Positions 13,025 through 26,088 of a stretch of 64,000 nt of DNA are shown here, piece by piece (the first letter of the stretch is position 1; every line of letters starts with the position of its first letter). The stretch lies in contig OZ316896.1 in NCBI GenBank assembly GCA_973895155.1, positions 1,550,001 through 1,614,000 on the forward strand, given 5' to 3'. The notes beneath the pieces were generated by a model that was given only the letters and a program-made list of their open reading frames with translations, made no database searches and was not told where the DNA came from. This stretch comes from Marsupella aquatica. Taxonomy: Eukaryota > Plantae > Marchantiophyta. The position numbers and the translations under genes are program-made.

Positions 13025-13495
13025 CTATCTTTCCTCTTCAGAATCCTCTGCGCCTAGTCTACCTCAACCCACTTGAACTTGATTGATGGTACGAGCCACC
13101 ATTGAAAGTCCTCAAATACTACCGATCAAACCATTCACTGTTTTGATCCTCAGAATGAAGCTCCCGTGTTGCAGAAGATGTTCAGAGCCTGCTGACACCC
13201 AAAAATTGTCCAGCAGTAGAAAGTATTCTTTACAAACTCATCTACCAGCCCCTTCGATCGCATATGTTATGATGCTCGAGGACTTCCAGGTCTTGCCTTT
13301 CACATAGAAGCAACAGATCTGATGCATTTGGTGGAATGTATCGAAAAGTAGGAACTCTATTTATTTGACTAGCATCGGTGCCAAAGCTTTGCTGATAAAT
13401 AGATGGTGAGTGCTGTGTCCCCAAAGTTGAGGGCTTCATTCCAAACAAGAGTTAAAGGCCTTATCCTAACTTTCTTTCATGCGTTAAATAGACTA

Positions 13496-14535
13496 CCGTC
13501 TTCCCCCTAACACACGGGGGGGGGGGGGGGGGGGGGGGGGTGGGGCGCTCTATTCGAATATAGCGCCCTGTTCAAGTTTGACGGATTTCATTTTTTGGAC
13601 TTGTGATGCTTTGTTTGAAATGTGGCCTTGTGTTCAATTAAAAGTAATGTGCTTGAATTCTGGCATTGTGAAATGCATGTAAAGTGTAAGTAGGAATGAT
13701 ATGCATAAAAGTTATGTGTATTAGAGAAGAGTGTGTTCAAGTTTTGGTTTTTTAACTTCCCAACAATATTTGCTCATTCAAAGGATGTGTAGAGAAATAA
13801 TTGAACCACTGAAATTACACAAGGGGAGAAATCAAATTTGCAATAGAAAACAAAACCTGACAAATTATACATACCAAGTGTACTATTATCACTTAGTAAA
13901 ACATATTCGTCCACTTTTCACAGTTGTTTGGTTTACTGTGGCCAATTTGCTCATTTCTATAATTATTTAATCTTTCATCATGCAGTGTGGAATGTTTGTG
14001 AGACTGCTTTGTTTCTATTGGAGTGCCTTGATCTTGAAGGCAATGGAAAAGTGAAAATAGAGAAAGTGAGTAGTCAGACCTAATTATGCACGTAGGTACT
14101 ATGGGTTTCTTTGACGAGACGTCGTGGCATCAGTCAAAGGTTGATGTGAAAGTCTGGCAAAAGTTCGCACAGCAGAATAATATATCGATACCTCCGGATT
14201 GCTGCTTAACATTTTGGAAACAGCACACACTTCTCCGAGAATGAAGGATTTTGAAATTAGCTTACATTTCTCAAAGGACGATGGATTTCGTAAGTTGAAA
14301 GAGCGGATGTGTTGGACGATTTTAAAGTAACGGATAGTAGTTGCAACCTGGTTACCTTTTTCCTATAGTCACTTGAATGTGCACATTTTCGAACGCAAAG
14401 TCAATTTCGAACACAGCGCCCGGGCGCTGTGTTAATATGGCGCTGTGTTTGAGTGAAAACGTCTTTTTTGCCTAAAGTCCCTGTTTTGACCATATTCGAA
14501 CACAGCGCCCGGGCGTTGTGTTCGGGGGAAGACAG
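13496..14535. mobile_element. Non-autonomous Tc1/mariner (pogo-like) DNA transposon
   Basis: TIRs CCGTCTTCCCCCTAACAC and (reverse complement) CTGTCTTCCCCCGAACAC, with TA on both flanks (13494-95, 14536-37). Subterminal repeats TTCGAACACAGCGCCCGGGCG at ~14407 and ~14495. No transposase ORF. Confidence 0.8.
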
Positions 14536-15540
14536 TAGCCTCGTTATCCCTTCCTTCAGAAATAGGCGGGCTTTGTTAAAGAGACTAGCCCCATTACCCT
14601 TCCTTGAACAGAAATAGTGGCTTCCTTGAACAGCAATAGGGGTGATACAAAAAAATACCTTGAAAAAAGAAAACAGTCCCTCTTTTGTGCTTTTTGTAGC
14701 ACATTTATGCTTTTAGTTAGAGTCTTTGTTTCCAGTTCATTTCTCCACTCTCTGTTTTTTGTCTCCACCCCTTCACCTTCAATTATTCTGGAGAAGTTTA
14801 GGTCTAGAGGCTTCACTCTAGTCAATAAGCTTTCAAAGTAGCTTTCCTTTGCAAATTTTAGTAAGATTTAGAACCCTTTTCCATTGGGGAATTACAATCC
14901 TTTCTATTGGTGGGTGCCCAAGGTATATTAGCCAATTGGGGAGTGTTACATGCTCTTTGATGGGTTATTTTTTCCCTCCTGTAAGAACAGAGAGGAAGTT
15001 TGCTAAAGGCCAGGTTTAGTGTTTTCCTAGGAAAAATTAACTTTAAATGTTCCTTACAGTATTCTCTGGGCAAGTTTTCCTGTGGGTTTTGGGCCCAGAT
15101 TTGGCCCTCAAAAAAAAAAGGCACCACTGTTGAGACCCACTTCAAACCAATTCTGAGTATACCCTGGGCACTTTTTTTTATCGATTTAGAGGGGGTGCAT
15201 ACTTTGTCCTGGCAATGAGAGACCTGAGAACACATCAGGCAAACACCCATCTTTGAAGATCTTTGACGGGGAATTGAACCTCAATTTGCAGCCAACCTTC
15301 AAAGTAGAGACCCAGCCCCTAGCCCAGCCCATAAGCCCAACCAGCCTCAACACACCTACCCAGCCTGGTCCAACATTCATAAACAGTAAAAGGTTGTAAA
15401 GTGCCACTGACATGCTATAGTACAATTGGTCTTGTTCAACTTTATTTAAAGTAGTGAAGACCAAAACCCTCGTATGTGATCATGTATGATCCTCACCCTC
15501 CCATTCTTCTTATACACACACCTGTCCTGATACATATGGA

Positions 15541-15881
15541 TGTTGAGCATAGATGACGATTGCAACGGCAAGCCCATGAACCATCCAACGCACAATAGTC
15601 GACACCGAGATACGTGGTTCACCTCCTTGAGGCTACGTCCACGGGAACACACAAGAGAGCTTTACTGAACTCTAAGCCCGTCGGCCATACCAAGTCTCCA
15701 CAGTGTAAGCTCTCCTCATCTCTCAAGTGACTCCATAACAATGAGCCTAAGTTCCACTTATCCAAGCAAACACCGCTTGGCATATAGTGTGCATCCTAGT
15801 TAACCTAACCACGTCTCCGACTATGGTTAGTCTAACTATGGTTACATGTCGTAACCCTAGACCTTGAGTAAATACCTAACA
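15541..15881 (-). repeat. 3' LTR of copia element (341 bp)
   Basis: TGTTGAGCAT...TACCTAACA; adjacent ATCTCCCCCT (15882-15891) is the polypurine tract on the minus strand. Confidence 0.95.
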
Positions 15882-16075
15882 ATCTCCCCCTTGACTCTGG
15901 TCTAGGGGAGGGTAAAGACTGTTACCAATATGATTGCTCAGCGGGAAGTTCTGGAAAGAAAAACCAAACTGGACCGTTTTCCCTCTTTATACGAGAGTAG
16001 ACCAGAACTAAGTCGTAGCCTATACAAGGAATGAGCAAGAGCATATCTCAGTATCTACACAACTGTTAAGTAACC

Positions 16076-19000
16076 CTACTTGTGAGGCAATTGCAAAACC
16101 TGCAACACATCACGGTGCCTAGAAAAACTCTCCAAAGGAATCACTTTGGTAAAAGCGTCAGCCGGGTTGAGTTTACCGTCAATCTTAACTAGCTCAAACA
16201 TATTATCAGACACAACTTGCCTGATAAAATGGTACCTGACGTCGATGTGCTTCACTCTACTGTCCATCACCTGGTTCACAGCAAGGTGGAAAACTTCGAG
16301 GAGGCCTTTTAGGGCTCGACAGGGCTCGGGCAGGGGGAAGTGCCCCCTGTGAAGTCCCCCACAGGGGCTGTACAAGGGCGGACAGAATTTCCAGTGCACT
16401 CTGACTATCACAATGGAGCTTCACATTCCCCTGTGGCAATCCCATCTCAGTGATAAGTCTATCCAACCAAATCGCTTCCTTTGTTGCTTTCGCTGCTGCA
16501 ACATACTTCGCTTCTGTAGTAGACTGAGCAATACACTTCTGCAAAGTAGACCTCCAACTTATGCATCCAACTCCCAGTGTGAACACATAACCTGTTGTTG
16601 ACCTCCTCCAATCCAGATCCTGTGCATAGTCAGCATCTACATAGCCCATTAATGATCTAGCATTATCAGCATGTGCATCAAACAGTAGACCATGATCCAC
16701 GGTACCCTTCAAATACCGAATAATCCACTTCACTGCTTCCCAGTGTACCTTCCCTGGATTCAACATGTACCTTCTCACCTTGCCCATAGCCATGGCAAGA
16801 TCAGGTCTAGTGCAAGTCATCAAATACATGAGACTCCCCACTGCCTTGTCATACGGAACCTTTGACATCAACCCCTTCTCTGTGTCATCCGTAGGACAGA
16901 AAGTTGATGACAACTTGAAGTGTGGAGCCAACGGGGTACTTACTGGCTTGCAGCTATCCCCCATGTTGAACCTTGTAATTACCTTCCTTGCATAACTGCT
17001 TTGCGTCAACCATAGCCTGCCAGCCTCCAAGTCCCTAGTGATCTCCATACCCAAAATCCTCTTAGCTGGCCCTAAGTCCTTCATCTTAAACTCTGCACTT
17101 AGCAGTGCCTTGAGCTTAATAATCTTAGATCTATCCTTGGCAGCAATAAGCATGTCATCCACATAAAGTACTAAAACAATGAACCCAAAGACAACATTCT
17201 TCACCGGTTTAAGATACACACATGGGTCAAACACACTCCTGTGAAAGCCTTGTGCACAAATCCAATCATCAAACCGCTTATTCCACTTCTTTGGTGACTG
17301 CTTCAACCCGTACAAGGATCTCAGCAATCTGCAAACCAAATCCTCTTGCCCTTTCTTCACAAAACCTAGCGGCTGTCTCATGAAAATCACCTCTTCCAAG
17401 GTGCCATAGAGGGAAAGCTGTGACAACATCCATCTGATCTAGCAGCAGATCGGACTAAACATAACAACAAGCACACACAATAGCTGTATTGTTGAGTACT
17501 TAGCAACCAGTGAGAAGACCTCATTGTAATCCACATTTTTTCCTATGTGAATCCCTTGGCTACCAACCTAGCCTTGTAGACCTTCGATCCACCTCCCATG
17601 GATTGATCCTTCACCTTGTATATCCACTTGTTGTCCACCACTTGCTGTCCCAAGTTTTGTCGTCCTTCAATGACTGCATCTCCGTTTGCATTGTTGCAGT
17701 CCATTCCTGCTTCTCCTTAGAAGCACTTGCCTCATGAAATGAAGAAGGTTCCCCTTCTTCAAGTATCAACGCATCATCCTCATCATCAATAATAAAATCC
17801 TCCTCTTGCAACTGAGATGAATCAACCCACTATCCATACCTTAGTGGAGCGCGTACAATGCGACCAGATGTTCTTCTAGCCGATGACTCCGATTGATTTG
17901 CGTGTGCTGGTACAATTTGAAGCTCAACAGCATCCACTTGCTGCTCACCAGCATCAACAAACTCCTCTGGTTCCTCTAGCAAAGGAACCAACTCCATAAT
18001 TGGAGCAACTCCTTCTCTCCTGTCATGCACTTCATGACCAATCTCCCCCTCAATGAGATCCGGGATAGGAGATTTTCCTTTGTCAGTACGGGAGACCTGA
18101 GTATTCTCCCCCTCCTTCAATAATCTGGATTCATTGAAGGAAACATCCCTACTGACAACGAGCTTACAGGCAATAGGATCCCATAGCCTATAGGCTTTCA
18201 CACCACTCTGGTACCCAAGAAAAATACATAAATTCTTGGAGGTAGGATCCAACTTGGTCCTATTCTGCTTCGGTGTGAGAGCATATGCATCACTTCCAAA
18301 AACTACCAAGCCATGATAGTCTGCTTGTCGCTTATAGCGCATCTCAAACGGCGTTTTGAAATTGATAGCATTAGAAGGAGAAAGATTTACCAAATAAGTT
18401 GCGGTATAGACAGCTTCTGCCCAAAATTCTTGTGGTAAACCTGATTGGCTCAACATACTCCGTGACCGCTCCAACAGTGTCCGATTGAGCCTCTCAACGA
18501 CACCATTTTGCTGCAGAGTATAAACTGTGGTGAGATGATGAGTTATCCCCTGTTCTAAACAGTACTCTTCAAATTCCATTGAAGTGTACTCCTCGCCGTT
18601 GTCTGACCTCAGACTCTTCACCTTTGTATCCAAACACTTGACCATGTTTCCAGTTTGATTCTCCACCTGGGCCTTCCACTTCTTAAAAATGGACAAGACA
18701 TCAGACTTATGCGTCATGAAATAAATCCACACAAATCTTGAGTAATCGTCAATAAATGATACGTAGTACAATTTTCCAGAGTGTGAGGGAATCGGGGATG
18801 GACCCCACACGTCACTATGTATGTACTCAAGAATCGCTTTGGAACGATGAGTTCCAACACCAAAAGCATGACGATGCTGCTTTCCAAGAATGCAATGCTC
18901 ACAGAACTCTAATTTACAAGATTGCAAATCAGAAATGAGTCCATTCTTCCGTAAGATAGCCAAACCCTTCTCACTCATGTGGCCTAGCCGTGAATGTCAT

Positions 19001-20292
19001 AGTTGAGTCATCTTCTCGTGAGACTTGGTTACATTGGCCTCTCCACTACAGTATTGCCTTGTAACACATTCAAATTCTTCTGTCTGCTCCTCTTCAAAAT
19101 CACTATCTCTCTCGACCTTACTTGAAGTTCACCATCAATAACGCTCCATTGATGACCATTTGAATCCAACACACCGAGTGAAATCAGATTCTTACGCATG
19201 CCAGGTACATACCTGACTCCGGACACTGTGCGCACAGCACTATCAAACATTTGAATCTTCACAGACCCAATTCCCTCAATTTGACAGGAGTGATCATTTC
19301 TCATCAGAAATGAACCGTTTGAAACAGAGTAAGAACTGAAAAACTCACGAATGTAACAAATATGAAAAGAGCAAGCACAATCAAGAATCCATACATCATC
19401 TGCTCTCCTAGATGACGTGCACAGGGCATACCCCCTTCATAAAACATACTCATTATTGAGTAAATCAGCTTCTCCATCAGCCCTAGCCACATTTGCCGAT
19501 GAAGTTTCCGTTGCCTTTCCCTTACAATCTCGCTTGAAGTGCCCAACTTGGTTGCACTTCCAACATGTCATCTGCCTCCTCTGAGGGGATTTCTCCCTGG
19601 AATTAGATCTGGATTTAGATCTAAACTGGGTTCTACGGTCCCCAGTTGGTCGTTGCATACTCCTCTCACGGTTAACATTGAGGGCAGCACCAGATGATGA
19701 AGGCTGTGACATGATGTACATCTTCTGCTGAAGATCATCACTAAGCAAAGAACTTACCACGTCATTGTATGAAATGGTATCCCTATCACGATGCAACAAC
19801 ACTCGTGATAGGGACAGGTAAGATGGAGGCAATGAACTGAGAAGCTGTAGAGCCTTCATCTCATCATTCAAAGTCTCCCCAAGGTTTTCCAAGTCAACAA
19901 CCATGTCGTTGAAAGCATCCACATGGTCTTGCAACTTCGTACCGGATTCCTTCATCCTAAAACTCATCAGTTTGTAGGAAGTGTAGAGCCGGTTTGACAG
20001 CTCCTTACGGTGATACTTGCTCTGCAATTCCGCAAACAAGGAGATGCAATCCTTATGTGCACCCAACTACTTGATGATGGGAGGCATGAGATAGAGTGTA
20101 ACACACCACACTCCCTGCTCTTGCATGCGGTCCCATTATTTCTCATCAACATCGTCTTCACAAGGGCTCAGCAGTTGGCCCATCCCTGACGCATAGAGCA
20201 CTCCCTCCACCTGCTTCTCCCATAGCAAGTAGTCAGAGCGCCCATCATACTTTGTCACTTATACTTGGGTCCCCCACCTTGAAAGTCCCCAT
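16076..20292 (-). pseudogene. Copia gag-pol polyprotein, disrupted by stops and frameshifts
   Basis: Gag KYDGRSDYLLW with in-frame stops; zinc knuckle CWKCNQVGHFKRDC; protease WILDCACSFH; HSRLGHMSEKGL..CEHC; integrase IDDYSR / RSDNGEEY / NGVVERLNRTL; RT YGLKQS and YVDDML; RNase H CDSQSAL..KHIDVRYH interrupted by a 103-bp insertion. Confidence 0.95.
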
Positions 20293-21617
20293 CTTCTTCT
20301 TTGGCACTACCGTGAGCTCCGGTAGTAGTATTGCTTCCTCCACCACACGCCGCATCGGTGATGGTATCGGTGTCACATGCTCTTCCTCCTGATCCTCTCT
20401 CTGCCCCTCAAACCGCCGCGGTGATCCTCATGCTTCAAGTTCCACGTCTTCGAAAAACTCCTCTGCATCACTCATATGAGAAAATCACAAAAAATGTCGT
20501 TTTTCACAACTTCTCAAAAAACTCAAAACTCAACACCACCGCGTAGCCACAAAGCTAGGAGTCCAATACTGAAAACCGAAATCAAAATCAAAATTTGATG
20601 GAAAAGTTATTCAAATTTTGGTCGAGGTGGGTAAAACCTTGGGAAACTCCCCCGTTTTGACCACCTCAAGGAATAACCAAAATACCAAGTACAACCTGTC
20701 GTTGAAATTGCAATGTGATCGGTGCGCCGCGTTGCCAACTTCAATGGCTACAACCTCGCTGAAAAAGAACCAAAAAATTTACCGTTTGGCGGACAGAATC
20801 TTTGTCGGACGGACAAAAAATAGCTCTCTGGTTTTTTGGAATATTCTATGACCCTTGTACAGGCCCTATGGGGATTTTGGAAGAGCAATCGAGGGGCTGA
20901 CACGTGTCCCTGAACCCCCAAAACCCCTTACCACCATTCGTCGTCGAAATCTGGTCGCGCGCGAAGAAAATACCCTAAACCCTAAACCCTAAACTTGGTG
21001 CCGTCACCAAGTCCAACAAGGTAATTGATTTTGCTTAGCCTCCCTCTTCGCATCAAAGAGCCAATCCCGGACTCAAAATAATCATCTTGCCTCAATCTCT
21101 CCGTTGAGTCAAAACACTTGACGCTTCTCCCTCCAAGTTGATTGCAACGACAAGAAATCCCGCTCAGGCAAAAGAGGACTCCACAGCCGGTTAGAAAATC
21201 AGAATGCTTCTGTTGCTCGTCCCGTCGCACATGGTACTCACTTGGTAACAAATCAGCTACCAAAACAAATAGCTCGTCCCGATCTACAAGCAGAGCTACA
21301 ACATGCGATGCCTCCTTCACCGTAGAGCTCACACCGTCGAGAAAGCAAACTCTGGTCCCTCCTCCAAAAAACCGTCGAACACGAATGTTGTCGACTTTTT
21401 TCACAAAATCCAGAACGGCAAAAACTTAGATCTCTGCGCACCACGAGCTCCGTTCAGCGATTTCTTCACACCGTTAGAAAGCCCCTGCCCTGATCTATCC
21501 GTTGAGCCCATAAACTCCAAGTTCCATGCAATGAAACTCCAGGAAATCCACCGATACTCAACGCTGGAAAAAACCGTCACGAAATCCCGTCACGAACACA
21601 CGTCACCTCCCAGGCAT

Positions 21618-21629
21618 GCTCTGATACCA
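21618..21629 (-). promoter_or_regulatory. Primer-binding site (initiator Met-tRNA)
   Basis: TGGTATCAGAGC lies 2 nt inside the 5' LTR boundary. Confidence 0.93.
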
Positions 21630-21631
21630 AT

Positions 21632-21964
21632 TGTTGAGCATAGACGACGATCGCAATGGCAAGCCCATGAACCATCCAACGCACAATAGTCGACACCGAG
21701 ATACGTGGTTCACCTCTATGTCCACGGGAACACACAAGAGAGCTTTACTGAACTCTAAGCCCATCGGCCATACCAAGTCTCCACAGTGTAAGCTCTCATC
21801 ATCTCTCAAGTGGCTCCATAACAATGAGCCTAAGTTCCACTTATCCAAGCAAACACCGCTTGACATATAGTGTGCATCCTAGTTAACCTAACCACGTCTC
21901 CGACTACGGTTAGTCTAACTATGGTTACATGTCGTAACCCTAGACCTTCAGTAAATACCTAACA
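21632..21964 (-). repeat. 5' LTR of copia element (333 bp)
   Basis: By manual count it differs from the other LTR by about 10 substitutions and one 8-bp deletion (~97% identity). Confidence 0.95.
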
Positions 21965-22061
21965 ATGGAAACCAAGGAAAGAAGAAAAATAATAGCTGAA
22001 TTACATGGAAGAGGAAGGAAAGAAGCCCAAGGAAGACATACATACAGCAAGATATATTATA

Positions 22062-23768
22062 TCTACTACTATAATAATGAATCCCGCCAGTTTTAGTCCT
22101 TCGTCCCGTTACAAAAATAAAAAAGGAGGGAACAAAGCTAAGCCATCAGATATTTTTTTGAATTATTTATGGCTCTTGGATTGAGTGAGATGGGAACCTA
22201 AAATTGGCTGTAAGTAATAGTACAAGGTAGGTATGTAAGTTATAGTACAAGGTAGATATAATATATCATAGATTCATAGAGTACTTGCATGTGCTACTTT
22301 AGTTATTTTGTAACTTGAGTATAATACTTTTTGGCATGGAGCATTAAAATGTAAGTATATTATTTTATGGTCTATTAATTTAAAATACATTTGGCATGGG
22401 GCATGAAAGTGAAAACTTTACTTGAGATAATGGTTTTGGTAGGGAGCGAGCACTAAGGGGAAGAGAGCAGGTTGACATTATATTATTTTGGCTTTTGCTC
22501 TTAAAAAGGAGATTTAACTCTTTGGAAATTAGTTAATTTTTAGTTATCTTGCATGGACCCCAATTTCTATTTTGCACAATGATATCTTTCACTCAACAAA
22601 AGTTTTTGTGTAATAATTTATTTTAACAATTATTATTTTTATTCAACGTTTATGTTTTGCACCACGTACGATCTATTTCTCAACAACATCTTTAACCAAA
22701 CAACATCTATTATGCAACGCACTGGGATTGAAAGGATATCGAGAGAATGGTCATCTTTGCTAAACCCTAAAACACTAAATCTGAAACCGATAATATAACG
22801 TTGCTCCAATTTATAGTGGTCGACATTCAAATGCATGGGTATTTTGGGTAAAAAACAAAACAAAGAAAAAGACTCACTCCTTAGTTTCCTTGATTTTTTA
22901 TTTCATAACATTTTTCACAGAACGATAGCTTGGGTGAAATAACACCATTTTTTAACATCTTTTACTTCACGATATCTTTGGCAAAATGACACTCTTTTCT
23001 TAATAACATCTTTCACACAATGGCATGTTTGGCAAAACTACTTTTTCTTAAGACATCTTTTTTACTTTGTGACATCTTTCACTTAACAACATCTTGGGCA
23101 ACACGACATCTTATTTCTTAACAATGTCTTTTGTGCAACGCACGGGTATTTTCCGTGAACGATGTCTTGGCCGACATGACGTTTTTTTCTCAACATCTTC
23201 GCCAACATGACAATTTTTTCTCAATGACATCTTGGCCGACAAAACGTCTTTTTTCTCAACGACTTCTTGGCCGACATGACATTTTTTTGCTCAATGATCT
23301 CTTGGCCAACACGACATCTTTTTTTCTCAACGTCTTCTTGGCCGACACGACATATTTTTTTCTCAATGACCTCTTGGGCGACAAGACATCTTTTTTCTCC
23401 ACGACCTCTTGGTTGACACTACATATTTTCTTTCAACGACCTCTTGGCCAATACAACATTTTTTTCTCAACGACATCTTGACCAACACAACTTCTTTTCT
23501 CTCAATGACCTCTTGGGCGACACTACATCTTTACTCTCAACGACCTCTTGGGCGACATGACATCGTTTCTCTCAACGACCTCTTGGGCAACACGACATCT
23601 TTTCTCTCCACAACCTCTTGGGCAACACGACATCATTTCTCTCCACGACCTCCTAGGCAACACTACATCTTTTTTCTCCACGACCTCTTGGCTGACACTA
23701 CATCATTTTTCTCAATGACATCTTGGCCGACATGACTTCTTTTGTGCAACGCACAGGTATTGAGCTAG
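22062..23768 (+). mobile_element. Non-autonomous Helitron
   Basis: 5' A|TCTACTACTATAATAATG; 3' hairpin TGTGCAACGCACA followed by GGTATTGAGCTAG|T. Inserted between A and T with no TSD. Contains an internal minisatellite. Confidence 0.82.
23090..23740 (+). repeat. ~33-bp minisatellite inside the Helitron
   Basis: Roughly 19 degenerate units of ACGACATCTTTTTCTCAACGACCTCTTGGCCGA. Confidence 0.9.
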
Positions 23769-24711
23769 TAATTGTATGAAAGACGAAAGAAGGAAAATCA
23801 AGGACGACATACACCAAGATATAGATATGGAAGAGGAAGAGATAGAAAGACATACCTTATGCGCACCAGGACAGATGACAGGCGCGCCTTCCACAGGGAA
23901 GACAGCAAAACAAGAAATATTTTAAGCTTTTGTTCCAACGCAGTATGTACGTTGAAAATTCTCGGCAAAAGATCTCAAAGGGATCCTGAGTGTGCTACGA
24001 TGTCCAACCTATTCCTGGACAAAATTTAGGACTTTCCAGATTGTTTCATTTTCTGATGAGCACAAAGATGATCAAGTATTTTGAATCAACAAAAAGCCAG
24101 CATTTTACTTTTGTGAAGAATATCCAGAGTAGTTTGGGCATGAATAGCAACTTACCATATATTGAGCAAACTCATTCAAACAGGCTGTAATTGACTAAGA
24201 CATTTTTTGCAGGTCACATTTCAACCAAAACTCTGAAAGGTGCTATCCAAGGGATTTCCAAGTTTAAAAAAAAGTTCTGCCATATTTGATTGCAGAATTT
24301 TACCAATCTATCCAAGGCAACTTTCACATCTAACTTGCCATTCCATGGAGCTTAATTTTAGGCCTTATGAGCAATGTTTCAGCCTTAAGTATTGCACCAA
24401 AGAACTTACAAGGGGGTCTAGAATAGCAGCAAAATATTCATTCTCCAATTTGTGAGATACATTACAGTGAACCGTGTATAAGTGCAGTGTGGATAAGTAC
24501 ATTCCATGGATTAGTGTATGCCAACCATGTCATCCCCTTATATTACAAGGATTTTCTTTGTAAATGCAACAAAAAATGCAATTTGCATAAGTGCAGGATC
24601 AACCATTACTTAAAAAGCAAAATACCAACACTACATGACGAATACATAGCATTTCTTATCTATAGGTACGCATGCATTTATAACATTATTGCAGTGCATA
24701 TATTAGAAACA

Positions 24712-24900
24712 TTTATTACGGACCCCACTAGAGGTCCCTTCCAGAATTCCTGGCACCACAATGTGCCACGTCAACAACAACCGCAACAAACAAGACTCTT
24801 CAATTTTGTGAATCAAACTTATAATATTCATTCGTGTTTGTGTCAATTTGGGTGTAAATTTTGGGACGCCATGCCATAAAAAGAAAAGTAAAAAATTGAA
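24712..24900 (+). repeat. Dispersed repeat, inverted copy of 1920-2112
   Basis: See 1920-2112; both copies give the spurious peptide FITDP.RGPFQNSW.HNVP. Confidence 0.75.
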
Positions 24901-26088
24901 AATACAAAGAGCAAAACAATTAAAACCGTCACTATGTAACCGTTTTAGTTACATTTCCAATTTTAAAACTTCAATTCAAAGATTTATAAAAAGTATTTTT
25001 CATATAATAAATAATGGCTAGTAACTAACTTGATAACTTACTTGTTAAAGGGTAATTGGCACCTGGAGTAAGATTTTTGGCCCTATGCAATCAAGAGAAA
25101 CTGCTAGCCATGGTCCTAACTTGAGCTTAAGTGATACAATTCATTTGATCAGACATTCATCTAATTGTAAATGAACTTGCCATATATTGAATTGTGACTC
25201 TAGTACCTTGAGAATTTGGTAACATGTAGTGAAAAGGCCTGATTTTGACAATTGCTTGTGATAACCATGTTGTCAATTAGCCAAGGGGTCCACGAACTAA
25301 TTGAGAAGTACAACAAATAAGGACATAAAGCAGTTTCATGCTCTTATCTAGTTCAAATGTGCCATATGAGGGGTTGGGGTATGAGAAGTCCCATGTGTGT
25401 GACCACAATAGAGCAGTAAAGTGCATAAATGATTTCCCATGCACTTATTACATAGTGACCATATATATATGCACTTATTAAATAGTGACCATGCACTTAT
25501 GGAGAGCATATTTAAGGATGTCCCGTGCACCTATAAAGAACTATGGGTTTAGGGTTTTCCCTGAATGAGCTTAACAATAGGAGGTGTGTGCAACACCTTT
25601 TATTGGCAAGTGCTCCACAAAAGGTGGAGTGTGTCCCCTTTCTTATATCTTATAATGAATAGTGAGACATGGAATGAGACTTTTATAGGGGCAGGTGTGT
25701 TTAAGCATAGAGCATAACATTTCGTTTGATAAGGGAGTAATATAGAGCTGTGATACAAAAGCCAGTATCCGGGATAACATACAGCAGCTGCGCCGATGGT
25801 GTCCATCCAGCGCAGAATATTTCCAACGGGAGCACCATTCATTGTTTATAAGGAACACGTAATATTCAAACCTTCTTTAAGTAAATCGATCAGAAGATTT
25901 ACACTCAAAAACTTAGAAATTAACATGTGGAGCTCCTCGAAATAGGAAAAATGCGCTGACTTGTAAATTCGAGATATTAATGTCAAAGAACCCAATCTAA
26001 TATCCACGTTTCAAAGCAACTGTATATGGGCTCGATGTGTGTTTGTGACAGTGACATTTATTATCTTCAGGGTTTCAGCTATCTAATC

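Larger units (their letters stand above)
15541..21964 (-). mobile_element. Full-length, decayed Ty1/copia LTR retrotransposon (Tnt1-like)
   Basis: Two LTRs with TG..CA ends, TSD ATGGA (15536-40, 21965-69), PBS TGGTATCAGAGC and PPT AGGGGGAGAT. Domain order is gag-PR-INT-RT-RH. Confidence 0.97.

Noticed and set aside
14556-15464. Several 70-130 aa ORFs left of the copia LTR
   Set aside because: AT-rich, CpG-depleted sequence with no recognisable motifs; probably an old repeat relic that I cannot classify.
23131-23735. Phe/Thr-rich repetitive ORFs
   Set aside because: Translations of the Helitron minisatellite.
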